Positions 5,544 through 13,441 of a stretch of DNA of 32,391 nucleotides are shown here, piece after piece. The position numbers and the translations under genes are program-made. Where the stretch lies: IMG/VR virus record IMGVR_UViG_3300045988_068295. One strand, written 5' to 3'. The notes below the pieces were generated by a model, which was given only the letters and a program-made list of their open reading frames with translations, made no database searches and was not told where the DNA came from. Position 1 is the first letter of the stretch; every line of letters begins with the position of its first letter. This DNA comes from a virus.

Positions 5544-5689
5544 TTGCAACGCTCCTTTCTCTGCAAGTATACCGCAGAAGGGAGCACACCACAACCCACC
5601 CGATGATGGCCGCATGGCAGCGGCCGAAACCATTCCGGTGACGCCGCCGGGATGGTCGTGGGAGCTACCCACAGAAAGGAGTGCTTAGT

Positions 5690-5881
5690 ATGGCACGCAA
5701 AAACGATTCCCTGAACCCCGCTGTGTATGGCCTGACGCAGCAGGACGTAGAGCGCGTGATCCGCATCCACACCATGTGCAAGGACATGGACGAGGACGCA
5801 TTCGAGCAGATGGAGACCGCTGCGGCATCCATCAATCTGGTGGCCAGCCTGAAGAAGCTGGACAACCGCCCCGTGGCATGA
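5690..5881 (+). CDS. Hypothetical early protein (63 aa)
   Basis: AAAGGAG RBS, ATG at 5690. Confidence 0.5.
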   Translation: MARKNDSLNPAVYGLTQQDVERVIRIHTMCKDMDEDAFEQMETAAASINLVASLKKLDNRPVA

Positions 5882-5896
5882 AAGGAGGACTGACCC

Positions 5897-6133
5897 ATGG
5901 CAAAGAAACAGTTTCTGAAGCTCCGGCGGCTGGCCGAGGATCAGGACATCACCACGGATGAGCTGGCCGCAAAGGCGGGCATCGTGCCCCGCACGCTGCG
6001 CAAGCGCTTTGCCGCGCCGGAGAGCTGCGGCACATGGAACTGGGAAGAGATCGACGGCATCTGCCGCGCGCTTCACATCCCGCAGGAGCAGATCGGAGAG
6101 TATTTCTTCCCGAAGGTTGAGAAAGGAGCATGA
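5897..6133 (+). CDS. Small HTH DNA-binding protein (Cro / early-regulator candidate)
   Basis: AAAGGAGG RBS. HTH-like segment ITTDELAAKAGIVPRTLRKRF. Confidence 0.55.
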   Translation: MAKKQFLKLRRLAEDQDITTDELAAKAGIVPRTLRKRFAAPESCGTWNWEEIDGICRALHIPQEQIGEYFFPKVEKGA

Positions 6134-6135
6134 AC

Positions 6136-6360
6136 ATGAACGACAAAAACAAGCCATTTGTGCACGTCCAGTTCGGAGATGATGGCAATCCGGAGGTCAA
6201 AGTCGCAGGCAGCATGGGAGATCAGGGAGCCCTTTGCATTGCCCTGATGGCAGGGCTGGCGATGATGTATGGTGCCAACGATCCGACCAAGGTGCTGATG
6301 TTTCTCATGACGAGCGCCGCTGAACTGGTAGACCAACTGGAGGATGACGATGAAGATTAA
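6136..6360 (+). CDS. Hypothetical protein with an acidic C-terminus
   Basis: The ATG at 6136 is 7 nt from AAGGAG; the ATG at 6130 is too close to the RBS. Confidence 0.5.
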   Translation: MNDKNKPFVHVQFGDDGNPEVKVAGSMGDQGALCIALMAGLAMMYGANDPTKVLMFLMTSAAELVDQLEDDDED

Positions 6361-6613
6361 ATCCACAGTCTGGCAGGTGCTGGCCGCCGGGAGCTTCGGC
6401 GCGGGCCTGCTGTATGCCCTGGGCATCGAGGGCACCGCACAGGTGGGCGGTGTGATCTCGGACGGCCAGTTCATCACCGCCATGGTGCTGATCCTGCTGG
6501 CGCTTTTCCTGATGCGACTGGGCTTTGCCGCTGAGGCACGGGAGCAGGCCGAAAAGCGCAAGGTGCACAAGCCCCAGCGCAACACCGTCAAGCGTGACCG
6601 GAGGGCCGGATGA
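6350..6613 (+). CDS. Small membrane protein with 2 predicted TM segments
   Basis: GGAGGA RBS. Hydrophobic segments VWQVLAAGSFGAGLLYALGI and FITAMVLILLALFLMRLGF. Confidence 0.5.
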   Translation: MKIKSTVWQVLAAGSFGAGLLYALGIEGTAQVGGVISDGQFITAMVLILLALFLMRLGFAAEAREQAEKRKVHKPQRNTVKRDRRAG

Positions 6614-6614
6614 G

Positions 6615-6935
6615 ATGGCCGACTACATCCACAACGTCATGTGGTACACCGTGTGGGATGCCAAGACCGGAGATCTGGTAGCATCCGGCACGGCGGCAAT
6701 GTGCGCCCGACGGCTGGGGTATTCCAGCTCCGGCAGCTTTGCCAGCGCGGTGAGCCACTGGCTGTGCGATGGCCGCCAGCACGTCAAGTACACCATCCAG
6801 CGGGAGTACATCCCCCGCAGTGAGGTGGACAGCCTACCGCAACGCCGCAAGTACAAAAAACAAAAAGCCCGCCGGTGCGCCAACACCGACGAGCTGCAAG
6901 GGATGATGGATTCGCCAATCACATCGCCCCGATGA
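6615..6935 (+). CDS. Hypothetical protein (106 aa)
   Basis: The in-frame ATG at 6615 follows GGAGGG. No recognisable motifs. Confidence 0.45.
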   Translation: MADYIHNVMWYTVWDAKTGDLVASGTAAMCARRLGYSSSGSFASAVSHWLCDGRQHVKYTIQREYIPRSEVDSLPQRRKYKKQKARRCANTDELQGMMDSPITSPR

Positions 6936-6959
6936 TATCACAAAATCGGAGGTTTTACA

Positions 6960-7256
6960 ATGAAAGGAATCCTGATCGAGCCGGGCAAGGTCCCGGTGGT
7001 CACCGCCCTGCCGGACACACTGCAGGGCATCGAAGCCATGCTGGGCTGCGACTGCACGCAGGAGGTGCTGCCCCGCACCCCGGCGGTGCTGCTGTTCGGC
7101 GTTCTCGGCAAAGGGCTGAACCGCATCTATCGCGGCCATAACATCTACGGTGCCATCCTCTGCTACGGCTGGAAGAACAACAGCCTTGTGCCCATGGGCA
7201 AGGGCCTGCAGGCCGAGATGCTGGACCGCCTGAAGGACACGGAGGTGCGGGTATGA
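6960..7256 (+). CDS. DUF3846-like protein
   Basis: The N-terminus MKGILIEPGKVPVVTALPDTLQGIEAMLG matches the usual DUF3846 opening. GGAGG RBS. Confidence 0.6.
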   Translation: MKGILIEPGKVPVVTALPDTLQGIEAMLGCDCTQEVLPRTPAVLLFGVLGKGLNRIYRGHNIYGAILCYGWKNNSLVPMGKGLQAEMLDRLKDTEVRV

Positions 7257-8893
7257 TCATCAGCCAGAACAGCAACGATGTTTACTACGCCTATACCCGT
7301 GGGCGCTTCTGGCGCTGGGACGGATCCGCACAGACCTGGAAGGAAAGCCATCTGCTGGCCCAGAAGTTCGACAAAGCCAAGGCCGTTGAAAAGTGGCTGA
7401 CCCCGGAAGCGTTTCTGACCAGCGACGAGTTCATCCCGATGGACGACTACGCGCTTCCGGATCAGATGCTCACCGCCCTCAGGGATGCCAAGCCCTGCAA
7501 AAATGCCCCCATCGACCCAGTGGAAGAGGATTCTTCCTCGGGTGTTCCTGCTCCCTGCATCTGCTCTACCTGCACCTGTGGCGGGTGCAAAGAAGAATGC
7601 TTCGGAAACTGCCACAGTTGCGGCCATCCCGTGCAGGAGTGCAACAGCTACCAGACCGAAGGCGAAAAGCATTTAACTCCCGCTCACTCTGCGGATGTTG
7701 ACAAACCGGAAGTGCCCGGAACCCAGACGACACAGGACAAGCCCCTGACCACCGTGCCGGATGAGATGCGCCCGGCGTTCGATTACTCCGGGCTGGACGA
7801 GCAGACCGTGGAGGACCTGCACTTTGCAGAAAAGGAGTACCAGCACGGCAAGAAACTGGCCGAGCGCGGCCTGATTCACATGGGCGACGCCATCGCCATT
7901 GCGCATGAAGCGCTGTGCGGAGTTGTCGCAAATTGCGACAACTCTGGTGATGGAGCTTGTCGCAATTTGCGACGAGCTCACAACAACCAGCACAGTGATG
8001 ACACCTTCCGGGCGTGGTGCGTGTCCATCGGCATCACCAAAGATACCGCTTACCGGCTGTTACAGGTGGCCACCCTGATGGACCACAGCAACCCGCGCCA
8101 GCAGAAGGTACTGAAAGAGTTGTCTCCATCTCTGCTGTATGCCGTGGCAAAGCCCAGCGCCCCGGCAGAGCTGGTGGCACAGGTCAAGAGCGGTGATATC
8201 ACAACACACAAGCAGTATCAGGAAGCCCTTGCCCAGATCAAGGCCGAAAAGGACCGTGCCAATGCTGCCGAGGCTGAGCGGGACAAGCTGCTGGGTGCCC
8301 AGAATCGGGCTGCCTGGGCGGAAAGCCACATCCAAGATGTCGAAGCCCAGCGGGATGCCGCCCTTGCGGACGTGCAGGGTCTGACCGAGCAGAACGCCAA
8401 GCTCCAGCAGAGTTACCACGATGCGGACGAAAGCCGCATTGCCGCCAATCTCCAGCGCCAGAAGGCCGAAGCCGAACGCGACAAGGCCGAAGCCCGTGCC
8501 AAGGATGCTGAGAATCAGCTGGCCGGGGCCCGGCAGGTGGCAGAGGCCGCAAAGCTGCGGGGCGACAAGCTCAAGGCCGAGAACGACGCGCTGAAAAGTC
8601 AGCCCATCACCGCCGTGGTGGACAAAGAGGAGACCCGGCGGCAGGCAAAAGAAATGGCCGACGCCATGAATGCCGAGCTACAGGAAAAACTGGACGCCGT
8701 CACCGGGGACGCCGAGCAGGACGTCCGGAACGCTTACGACAGCGTCCTGCTGGCCAGCCGGGCCATGCTGAACACCTGGCAGATGGTAAAGCCGCAGTTC
8801 CGCAAACTGCCGCAGGAGCAGCGGGAAGCCGTCGCCAATCAGCTCATCCGTACACTGGGACAAATTCAAGGGGAGGTATCACAATGTCTGTAA
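7253..8893 (+). CDS. DUF3102-like protein with a Cys-rich segment and a long C-terminal coiled coil
   Basis: Cys cluster CICSTCTCGGCKEECFGNCHSCGHPVQEC. DUF3102-like core (AEKEYQHGKKLAERGLIHMGDAIAIAHEAL ... FRAWCVSIGITKDTAYRLLQVATL). About 200 aa of heptad-rich A/E/K/Q sequence. Confidence 0.55.
   Translation: MIISQNSNDVYYAYTRGRFWRWDGSAQTWKESHLLAQKFDKAKAVEKWLTPEAFLTSDEFIPMDDYALPDQMLTALRDAKPCKNAPIDPVEEDSSSGVPAPCICSTCTCGGCKEECFGNCHSCGHPVQECNSYQTEGEKHLTPAHSADVDKPEVPGTQTTQDKPLTTVPDEMRPAFDYSGLDEQTVEDLHFAEKEYQHGKKLAERGLIHMGDAIAIAHEALCGVVANCDNSGDGACRNLRRAHNNQHSDDTFRAWCVSIGITKDTAYRLLQVATLMDHSNPRQQKVLKELSPSLLYAVAKPSAPAELVAQVKSGDITTHKQYQEALAQIKAEKDRANAAEAERDKLLGAQNRAAWAESHIQDVEAQRDAALADVQGLTEQNAKLQQSYHDADESRIAANLQRQKAEAERDKAEARAKDAENQLAGARQVAEAAKLRGDKLKAENDALKSQPITAVVDKEETRRQAKEMADAMNAELQEKLDAVTGDAEQDVRNAYDSVLLASRAMLNTWQMVKPQFRKLPQEQREAVANQLIRTLGQIQGEVSQCL
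7923..7973. repeat. Two 15-bp palindromic sites (GTCGCAAATTGCGAC and GTCGCAATTTGCGAC), 34 bp centre to centre, inside the DUF3102-like CDS
   Basis: The sites are 7925..7939 and 7959..7973. Each has GTCGCA/TGCGAC arms and the two are reverse complements of each other. Confidence 0.8.
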
Positions 8894-10203
8894 AGATCAC
8901 GGCGCTGGAAGCCGAGAACGTCAAGCGCATCAAGGCCGTTGCGCTCACCCCGTCGCCCACCGGGCTCACCCTCGTGGGCGGCAACAACAATCAGGGCAAG
9001 ACCAGCGTGCTGGACGCCCTGGCGTGGGCCCTGGGCGGGGACCGTTTCCGTCCGGACGCCGCACAGCGGGACGGTGCTATCGCCCCGGCGCACCTCAAGG
9101 TCACCCTGTCCAACGGGGTGGTCGTGGAGCGCAAGGGCAAGAACGCCAGCCTGACCGTCACCGACCCCACCGGCCGGCGCAGCGGCCAGCAGCTGCTCAA
9201 TGCGTTCGTGGAGCCGCTGGCCCTCGACCTGCCCCGCTTCATGGAAGCGTCGGACAAGGAAAAGGCCGACATCCTGCTGCGCATCATCGGCGTGGGGTCC
9301 GAGCTGCAGGTCAAAGATCTGGAGATCAAGGGCCTGTACGACAAGCGCACCTTCACCGGCCAGCTGGCCGCCCAGAAAAAGCACTTTGCCGAAGGGCTGA
9401 TCTCCTACCCGGAAGCCCCGGACGAGCCGGTGAGCGCCTCCGAGCTCATCCGCCAGCAGCAGGACATCCTTGCCCGCAACGGCGAGAACCAGCGCAAGCG
9501 CCGGCAGGCGCAGGAGCTGACCCGCAAGCGGGATGAGGCCATGGCCGAGATGCAGCGGCTGGATGAGCGCATCGCCGAGCTGACCGCCCGGCGGGAGGAA
9601 GTGAGCAAGAAGCACACGGCATTGTTCGTGCAGGCGATGGAAGCCAGTAAATCCGCCGAGCAGCTGCAGGATGAATCCACCGCCGAACTGGAAGCGTCCA
9701 TCCGGGACATCGAGGAGACCAACCGCAAGGTGCGTGCCAACCTCGAAAAGGCCCGCGCCGAGGACGAGGCCGCCCAGTACGCCAGCGACTACGACAAGCT
9801 GACCGGCCAGATCGAGGACAAGCGTGCCGAGCGCATGGCCCTGCTGAACGGGGCCGACCTGCCCCTGCCGGGCCTCAGCGTGGAGGACGGCGTCCTTACT
9901 TACAACGGCAAGCGCTGGCGGGACATGTCCGGCAGCGACCAGCTGCGGGTGGCCACGGCCATCGTGCGGCGGCTGAACCCGGACTGCGGTTTCGTGCTGC
10001 TGGACAAGCTGGAGCAGATGGACCTGACCACCCTGCAGGAGTTTTCCGCCTGGCTGGAAGCCGAGGGCCTGCAGGCCATTGCAACCCGCGTGTCTACCGG
10101 CAGCGAATGCCAGATCATCATCGAGGACGGCATGGTCAAGGGCACCGAGCCGCCCGCCGAAAAGCCCCAGCCGAACAAGAGCTGGACGAAAGGAGCGTTT
10201 TAA
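8884..10203 (+). CDS. SMC/SbcC/RecF-like AAA ATPase (AAA_23-type)
   Basis: Walker A GGNNNQGKTS, a central coiled coil, and a C-terminal signature/Walker B region (SGSDQLRVATAIV...GFVLLDKLEQMD). Confidence 0.8.
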   Translation: MSVKITALEAENVKRIKAVALTPSPTGLTLVGGNNNQGKTSVLDALAWALGGDRFRPDAAQRDGAIAPAHLKVTLSNGVVVERKGKNASLTVTDPTGRRSGQQLLNAFVEPLALDLPRFMEASDKEKADILLRIIGVGSELQVKDLEIKGLYDKRTFTGQLAAQKKHFAEGLISYPEAPDEPVSASELIRQQQDILARNGENQRKRRQAQELTRKRDEAMAEMQRLDERIAELTARREEVSKKHTALFVQAMEASKSAEQLQDESTAELEASIRDIEETNRKVRANLEKARAEDEAAQYASDYDKLTGQIEDKRAERMALLNGADLPLPGLSVEDGVLTYNGKRWRDMSGSDQLRVATAIVRRLNPDCGFVLLDKLEQMDLTTLQEFSAWLEAEGLQAIATRVSTGSECQIIIEDGMVKGTEPPAEKPQPNKSWTKGAF

Positions 10204-11301
10204 ATGAGCAAGTATTCCGTGACCACCGGCGTGCAGACCGCGCCGGTCAAAACCGTGCTCTACGGGCCGGAGGGCATTGGCAAATCCACCTTTGCCTCCC
10301 ATTTTCCGGATCCGGTGTTCATCGACACCGAGGGCGGCACCAAGCGGCTGAATGTGGCCCGCCTGCCCCAGCCCACCAGCTGGGCGATGCTGCTGGACGA
10401 GGTGGCAGAGGTGCGCAAGGGCAGTGTGCCCTGCGGCACGCTGGTCATCGACACCGCCGACTGGGCCGAGCGCCTGTGCATCCAGGCGGTGTGCGCCCGT
10501 GCCAAGGTCAACGGCATCGAGGATTTTGGCTACGGAAAGGGCTACACCTACGTCAAGGAGGAGTTCAGCAAGCTGCTGGATGCCCTGGAAGAGGTGCTGA
10601 ACGCCGGCCACAATGTGGTGGTGCTGGCCCATGCCGCCATCACCAAGTTTGAGCAGCCGGACGCCGTGGGCAACTACGACCGCTGGGGCATGAAAACCAG
10701 CAAGCAGGTGGCCCCGCTGCTGCGGGAGTGGTGCGACATGCTGTTGTTCGCCAACTACAAGACCGTGGTGGAAAAGGCCGGCAGCGGCCCCAACGCCAAG
10801 AACAAGGCCAGCGGCGGCCGCCGGGTGCTGTACACCACCCATCACCCCTGCTGGGACGCCAAGAACCGCTTCGGCCTGCCGGAAGAAGTGCCCTTTGAGT
10901 ACGCCAGCATTGCCCACTGCCTGCCCGGCGGCAGCGCACCGGCAGCTACCCAGACGCCGGTGCAGCACGCCCCGGCTCCTGCCCCGCAGCCCAAACATCA
11001 GCCGGATGCCGACATCCTGCCCAGCCCCACACCGCAGCCCCAGCCGCCTCACGAGGAAGTGCCGCCCGCCCTGCTCACGCCGGACCTGATCGCGCTTGGC
11101 GTGCCGGAAAAGCTGGCCCCGCTCATGAGCGCCAACAACGTGACTCCGGAAGAGCTGCAGCATGTAGTGGGAGAGCGGGGCTATTTCCCCGAGGATATGC
11201 CCATCCGGGACTACCCCGCCGATTTCGTGGAGGGTTGCCTGGTGGCCGCATGGCCCCAGGTGCTGCAGATGGTGCTGGACGGCCGTGACCTGCCGTTTTG
11301 A
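10204..11301 (+). CDS. Sak4-like RecA-fold ATPase (AAA_24) with a Pro-rich linker and a C-terminal extension ending in DLPF
   Basis: Walker A YGPEGIGKST and Walker B TLVIDT. Pro/Gln-rich linker PAATQTPVQHAPAPAPQPKHQP...PQPQPP. The terminus reads ...DGRDLPF. Confidence 0.8.
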   Translation: MSKYSVTTGVQTAPVKTVLYGPEGIGKSTFASHFPDPVFIDTEGGTKRLNVARLPQPTSWAMLLDEVAEVRKGSVPCGTLVIDTADWAERLCIQAVCARAKVNGIEDFGYGKGYTYVKEEFSKLLDALEEVLNAGHNVVVLAHAAITKFEQPDAVGNYDRWGMKTSKQVAPLLREWCDMLLFANYKTVVEKAGSGPNAKNKASGGRRVLYTTHHPCWDAKNRFGLPEEVPFEYASIAHCLPGGSAPAATQTPVQHAPAPAPQPKHQPDADILPSPTPQPQPPHEEVPPALLTPDLIALGVPEKLAPLMSANNVTPEELQHVVGERGYFPEDMPIRDYPADFVEGCLVAAWPQVLQMVLDGRDLPF

Positions 11302-11323
11302 CAATTGAAAGGAGAACTTACTT

Positions 11324-11812
11324 ATGAATGACATGAACGCTGAAGGCCGCGCATTCGGCTGGGATGACGAATTTACCAACGAACAGCAGGAGTTCGTCCT
11401 GCTGCCGGAGGGGGACTACCCCTTTGAGGTCACCGGCATGGAGCGTGCCCGCTACGAGGGCGGTGCCAAGCTGCCGCCCTGCTCCATGGCAAAGCTGACC
11501 ATCAAGGTGTTCGGCGGGGCCAAGGGCGACGCCACCGTCACCCACCGCCTGTACCTGCACACCAAGACCCAGGGCCTGCTGGGCGCGTTCTTTGAGAGCA
11601 TCGGCCAGTGCAAGCGCGGCGAGACCTTCCGCCCCCGCTGGAACGAGGTGGTGGGCAGCAAGGGCCTGTGCCGCCTCGGCATCCGGGAGTACACCAAGCA
11701 GAGCGGCCCCCACGCAGGCGAGACCGGCCAGAGCAACGAGGTGACCCGCTTCCTGCCGCCGCCGGAGCCCACGGCCGCGCCTGCGCACGGCTGGACACAG
11801 GGGGCGTTTTAA
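11324..11812 (+). CDS. DUF669-family protein (SSB-like partner of Sak4-type recombinases)
   Basis: FGWDDEF...FVLLPEGDYPFEVTG opening typical of DUF669. It lies directly after the Sak4-like gene. Confidence 0.65.
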   Translation: MNDMNAEGRAFGWDDEFTNEQQEFVLLPEGDYPFEVTGMERARYEGGAKLPPCSMAKLTIKVFGGAKGDATVTHRLYLHTKTQGLLGAFFESIGQCKRGETFRPRWNEVVGSKGLCRLGIREYTKQSGPHAGETGQSNEVTRFLPPPEPTAAPAHGWTQGAF

Positions 11813-13441
11813 ATGGCACAGACGCAAGCCCTGCGCCCCTACCAGCAGGCCGCACGGGATGCCATCCACACCGAGTGGGAGAACGGCCATGCCCGCACCC
11901 TGCTGGTGCTGCCTACCGGCACCGGCAAGACCATCGTGTTCGCGTCGGTGGCCGCTGATCAGGTGCGTGCCGGGGACCGGGTGCTGATCCTCGCCCACCG
12001 GGGCGAGCTGCTGGAACAGGCAGCCGACAAACTGCAGCGCTCCACCGGCCTTGTCAGCGCCGTGGAAAAGGCAGAGTCCACCTGCCTGAACAGCTGGTTC
12101 CGGGTGGTGGTGGGCAGCGTGCAGACCCTGCAGCGCACTGCCCGGCTGGAACGCTTCCCACGGGATTACTTCGGCACCATCATCATCGACGAGGCCCACC
12201 ACGCCATCACCGACGGTTACCGCCGCATCCTGGACTACTTCGAGAGTGCAAAGGTGCTGGGTGTGACCGCCACCCCTGACCGGGGTGACATGCGGAACCT
12301 GGGCGAGGTGTTCGACAGCCTGGCCTATGAGTACAAGCTGACGGATGCCATCAAAGAGGGGTATCTGTGCAAGATCATGGCCCAGACCATTCCCCTGCAG
12401 CTGGACATCTCGTCCGTGACCCTCAGCGGCGGCGACTACGCTGTGGCCGACCTCGGCACCGCGCTGGACCCGTATCTGGAGCAGATCGCCGCCGAGATGG
12501 CCGTGCGCTGCAAAGGCCGCAAGACGGTGGTGTTCCTGCCCCTCATCCGGACGAGCCAGAAATTCCGCGATCTGCTCAACGCCAAGGGATTCCGGGCCGC
12601 CGAGGTCAACGGCCAGAGTGCCGACCGCAAAGAAGTGCTGGCCGACTTCGACGCCGGCAAATACAATGTGCTGTGCAACTCCATGCTGCTCACCGAGGGC
12701 TGGGACTGCCCGTCCGTGGACTGCGTGGTGGTGCTGCGGCCCACCAAGGTGCGCAGCCTGTACAGCCAGATGGTGGGGCGCGGCACCCGCCTTTCCCCGG
12801 GCAAGACCGACCTGCTGTTGCTGGATTTCCTGTGGATGACCGACAAGCACGAGCTGTGCCGCCCGGCAGACCTGGTCTGTGAGGACCGCACTGTGGCCCG
12901 CCAGATGACCGAGCATCTGGCCGAGACCGGCTGCCCGGAGGACATCGAGGAGGCCGCCGCCCAGGCCAGCGAGGACGTGGTGGCCCAGCGGGAAGAAGCC
13001 CTTGCCAAGCAGCTGGAAGAGCAGCGCCGTAAAAAGGCAAAACTGGTGGACCCGCTGCAGTACGAAATGAGCATTCAGGCCGAAGATCTGGCCGGGTATG
13101 TGCCCGCCTTTGGCTGGGAGGCCGGTCCGCCCAGCGACAAGCAGACCGCCGCGCTGGAAAAGCTGGGCATCCTGCCGGATGCGGTGGAATCCGCCGGCAA
13201 GGCGGCCCTGCTGCTGGACCGGCTGCACAAGCGCCAGACCGAGGGCCTGACCACGCCCAAGCAGATCCGCCTGCTGGAACGCTACGGCTTCCGGCATGTG
13301 GGCAGCTGGAGCTTTGACGCGGCCAGCCGCATGATCAACCGCATTGCAGCCGGCGGCTGGCGCGGCGTGCCCAAGGGTGTGGACCCCAAAACCTTCACGC
13401 CTGACGCACAGCCCGCCGTGCCGACGGACTTTGGATGGTAA
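11813..13441 (+). CDS. Superfamily-2 DEAD/DEAH-box helicase (ResIII + Helicase_C)
   Basis: Motif I LPTGTGKT, motif II IIIDEAHH, motif III TATP, motif VI QMVGRGTR. Confidence 0.9.
   Translation: MAQTQALRPYQQAARDAIHTEWENGHARTLLVLPTGTGKTIVFASVAADQVRAGDRVLILAHRGELLEQAADKLQRSTGLVSAVEKAESTCLNSWFRVVVGSVQTLQRTARLERFPRDYFGTIIIDEAHHAITDGYRRILDYFESAKVLGVTATPDRGDMRNLGEVFDSLAYEYKLTDAIKEGYLCKIMAQTIPLQLDISSVTLSGGDYAVADLGTALDPYLEQIAAEMAVRCKGRKTVVFLPLIRTSQKFRDLLNAKGFRAAEVNGQSADRKEVLADFDAGKYNVLCNSMLLTEGWDCPSVDCVVVLRPTKVRSLYSQMVGRGTRLSPGKTDLLLLDFLWMTDKHELCRPADLVCEDRTVARQMTEHLAETGCPEDIEEAAAQASEDVVAQREEALAKQLEEQRRKKAKLVDPLQYEMSIQAEDLAGYVPAFGWEAGPPSDKQTAALEKLGILPDAVESAGKAALLLDRLHKRQTEGLTTPKQIRLLERYGFRHVGSWSFDAASRMINRIAAGGWRGVPKGVDPKTFTPDAQPAVPTDFGW

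Noticed and set aside
8866-11379. Very long minus-strand ORFs: 8866..11379 (837 aa), 11318..13297, 13282..14709, 16919..18925, 25442..29173 (1243 aa), 29842..30825 and 30777..32219.
   Set aside because: Their translations are low-complexity and rich in G, A, R, H and L, as expected for stop-poor antisense frames of high-GC DNA. The plus strand at each location encodes proteins with clear catalytic or structural motifs and proper RBSs.
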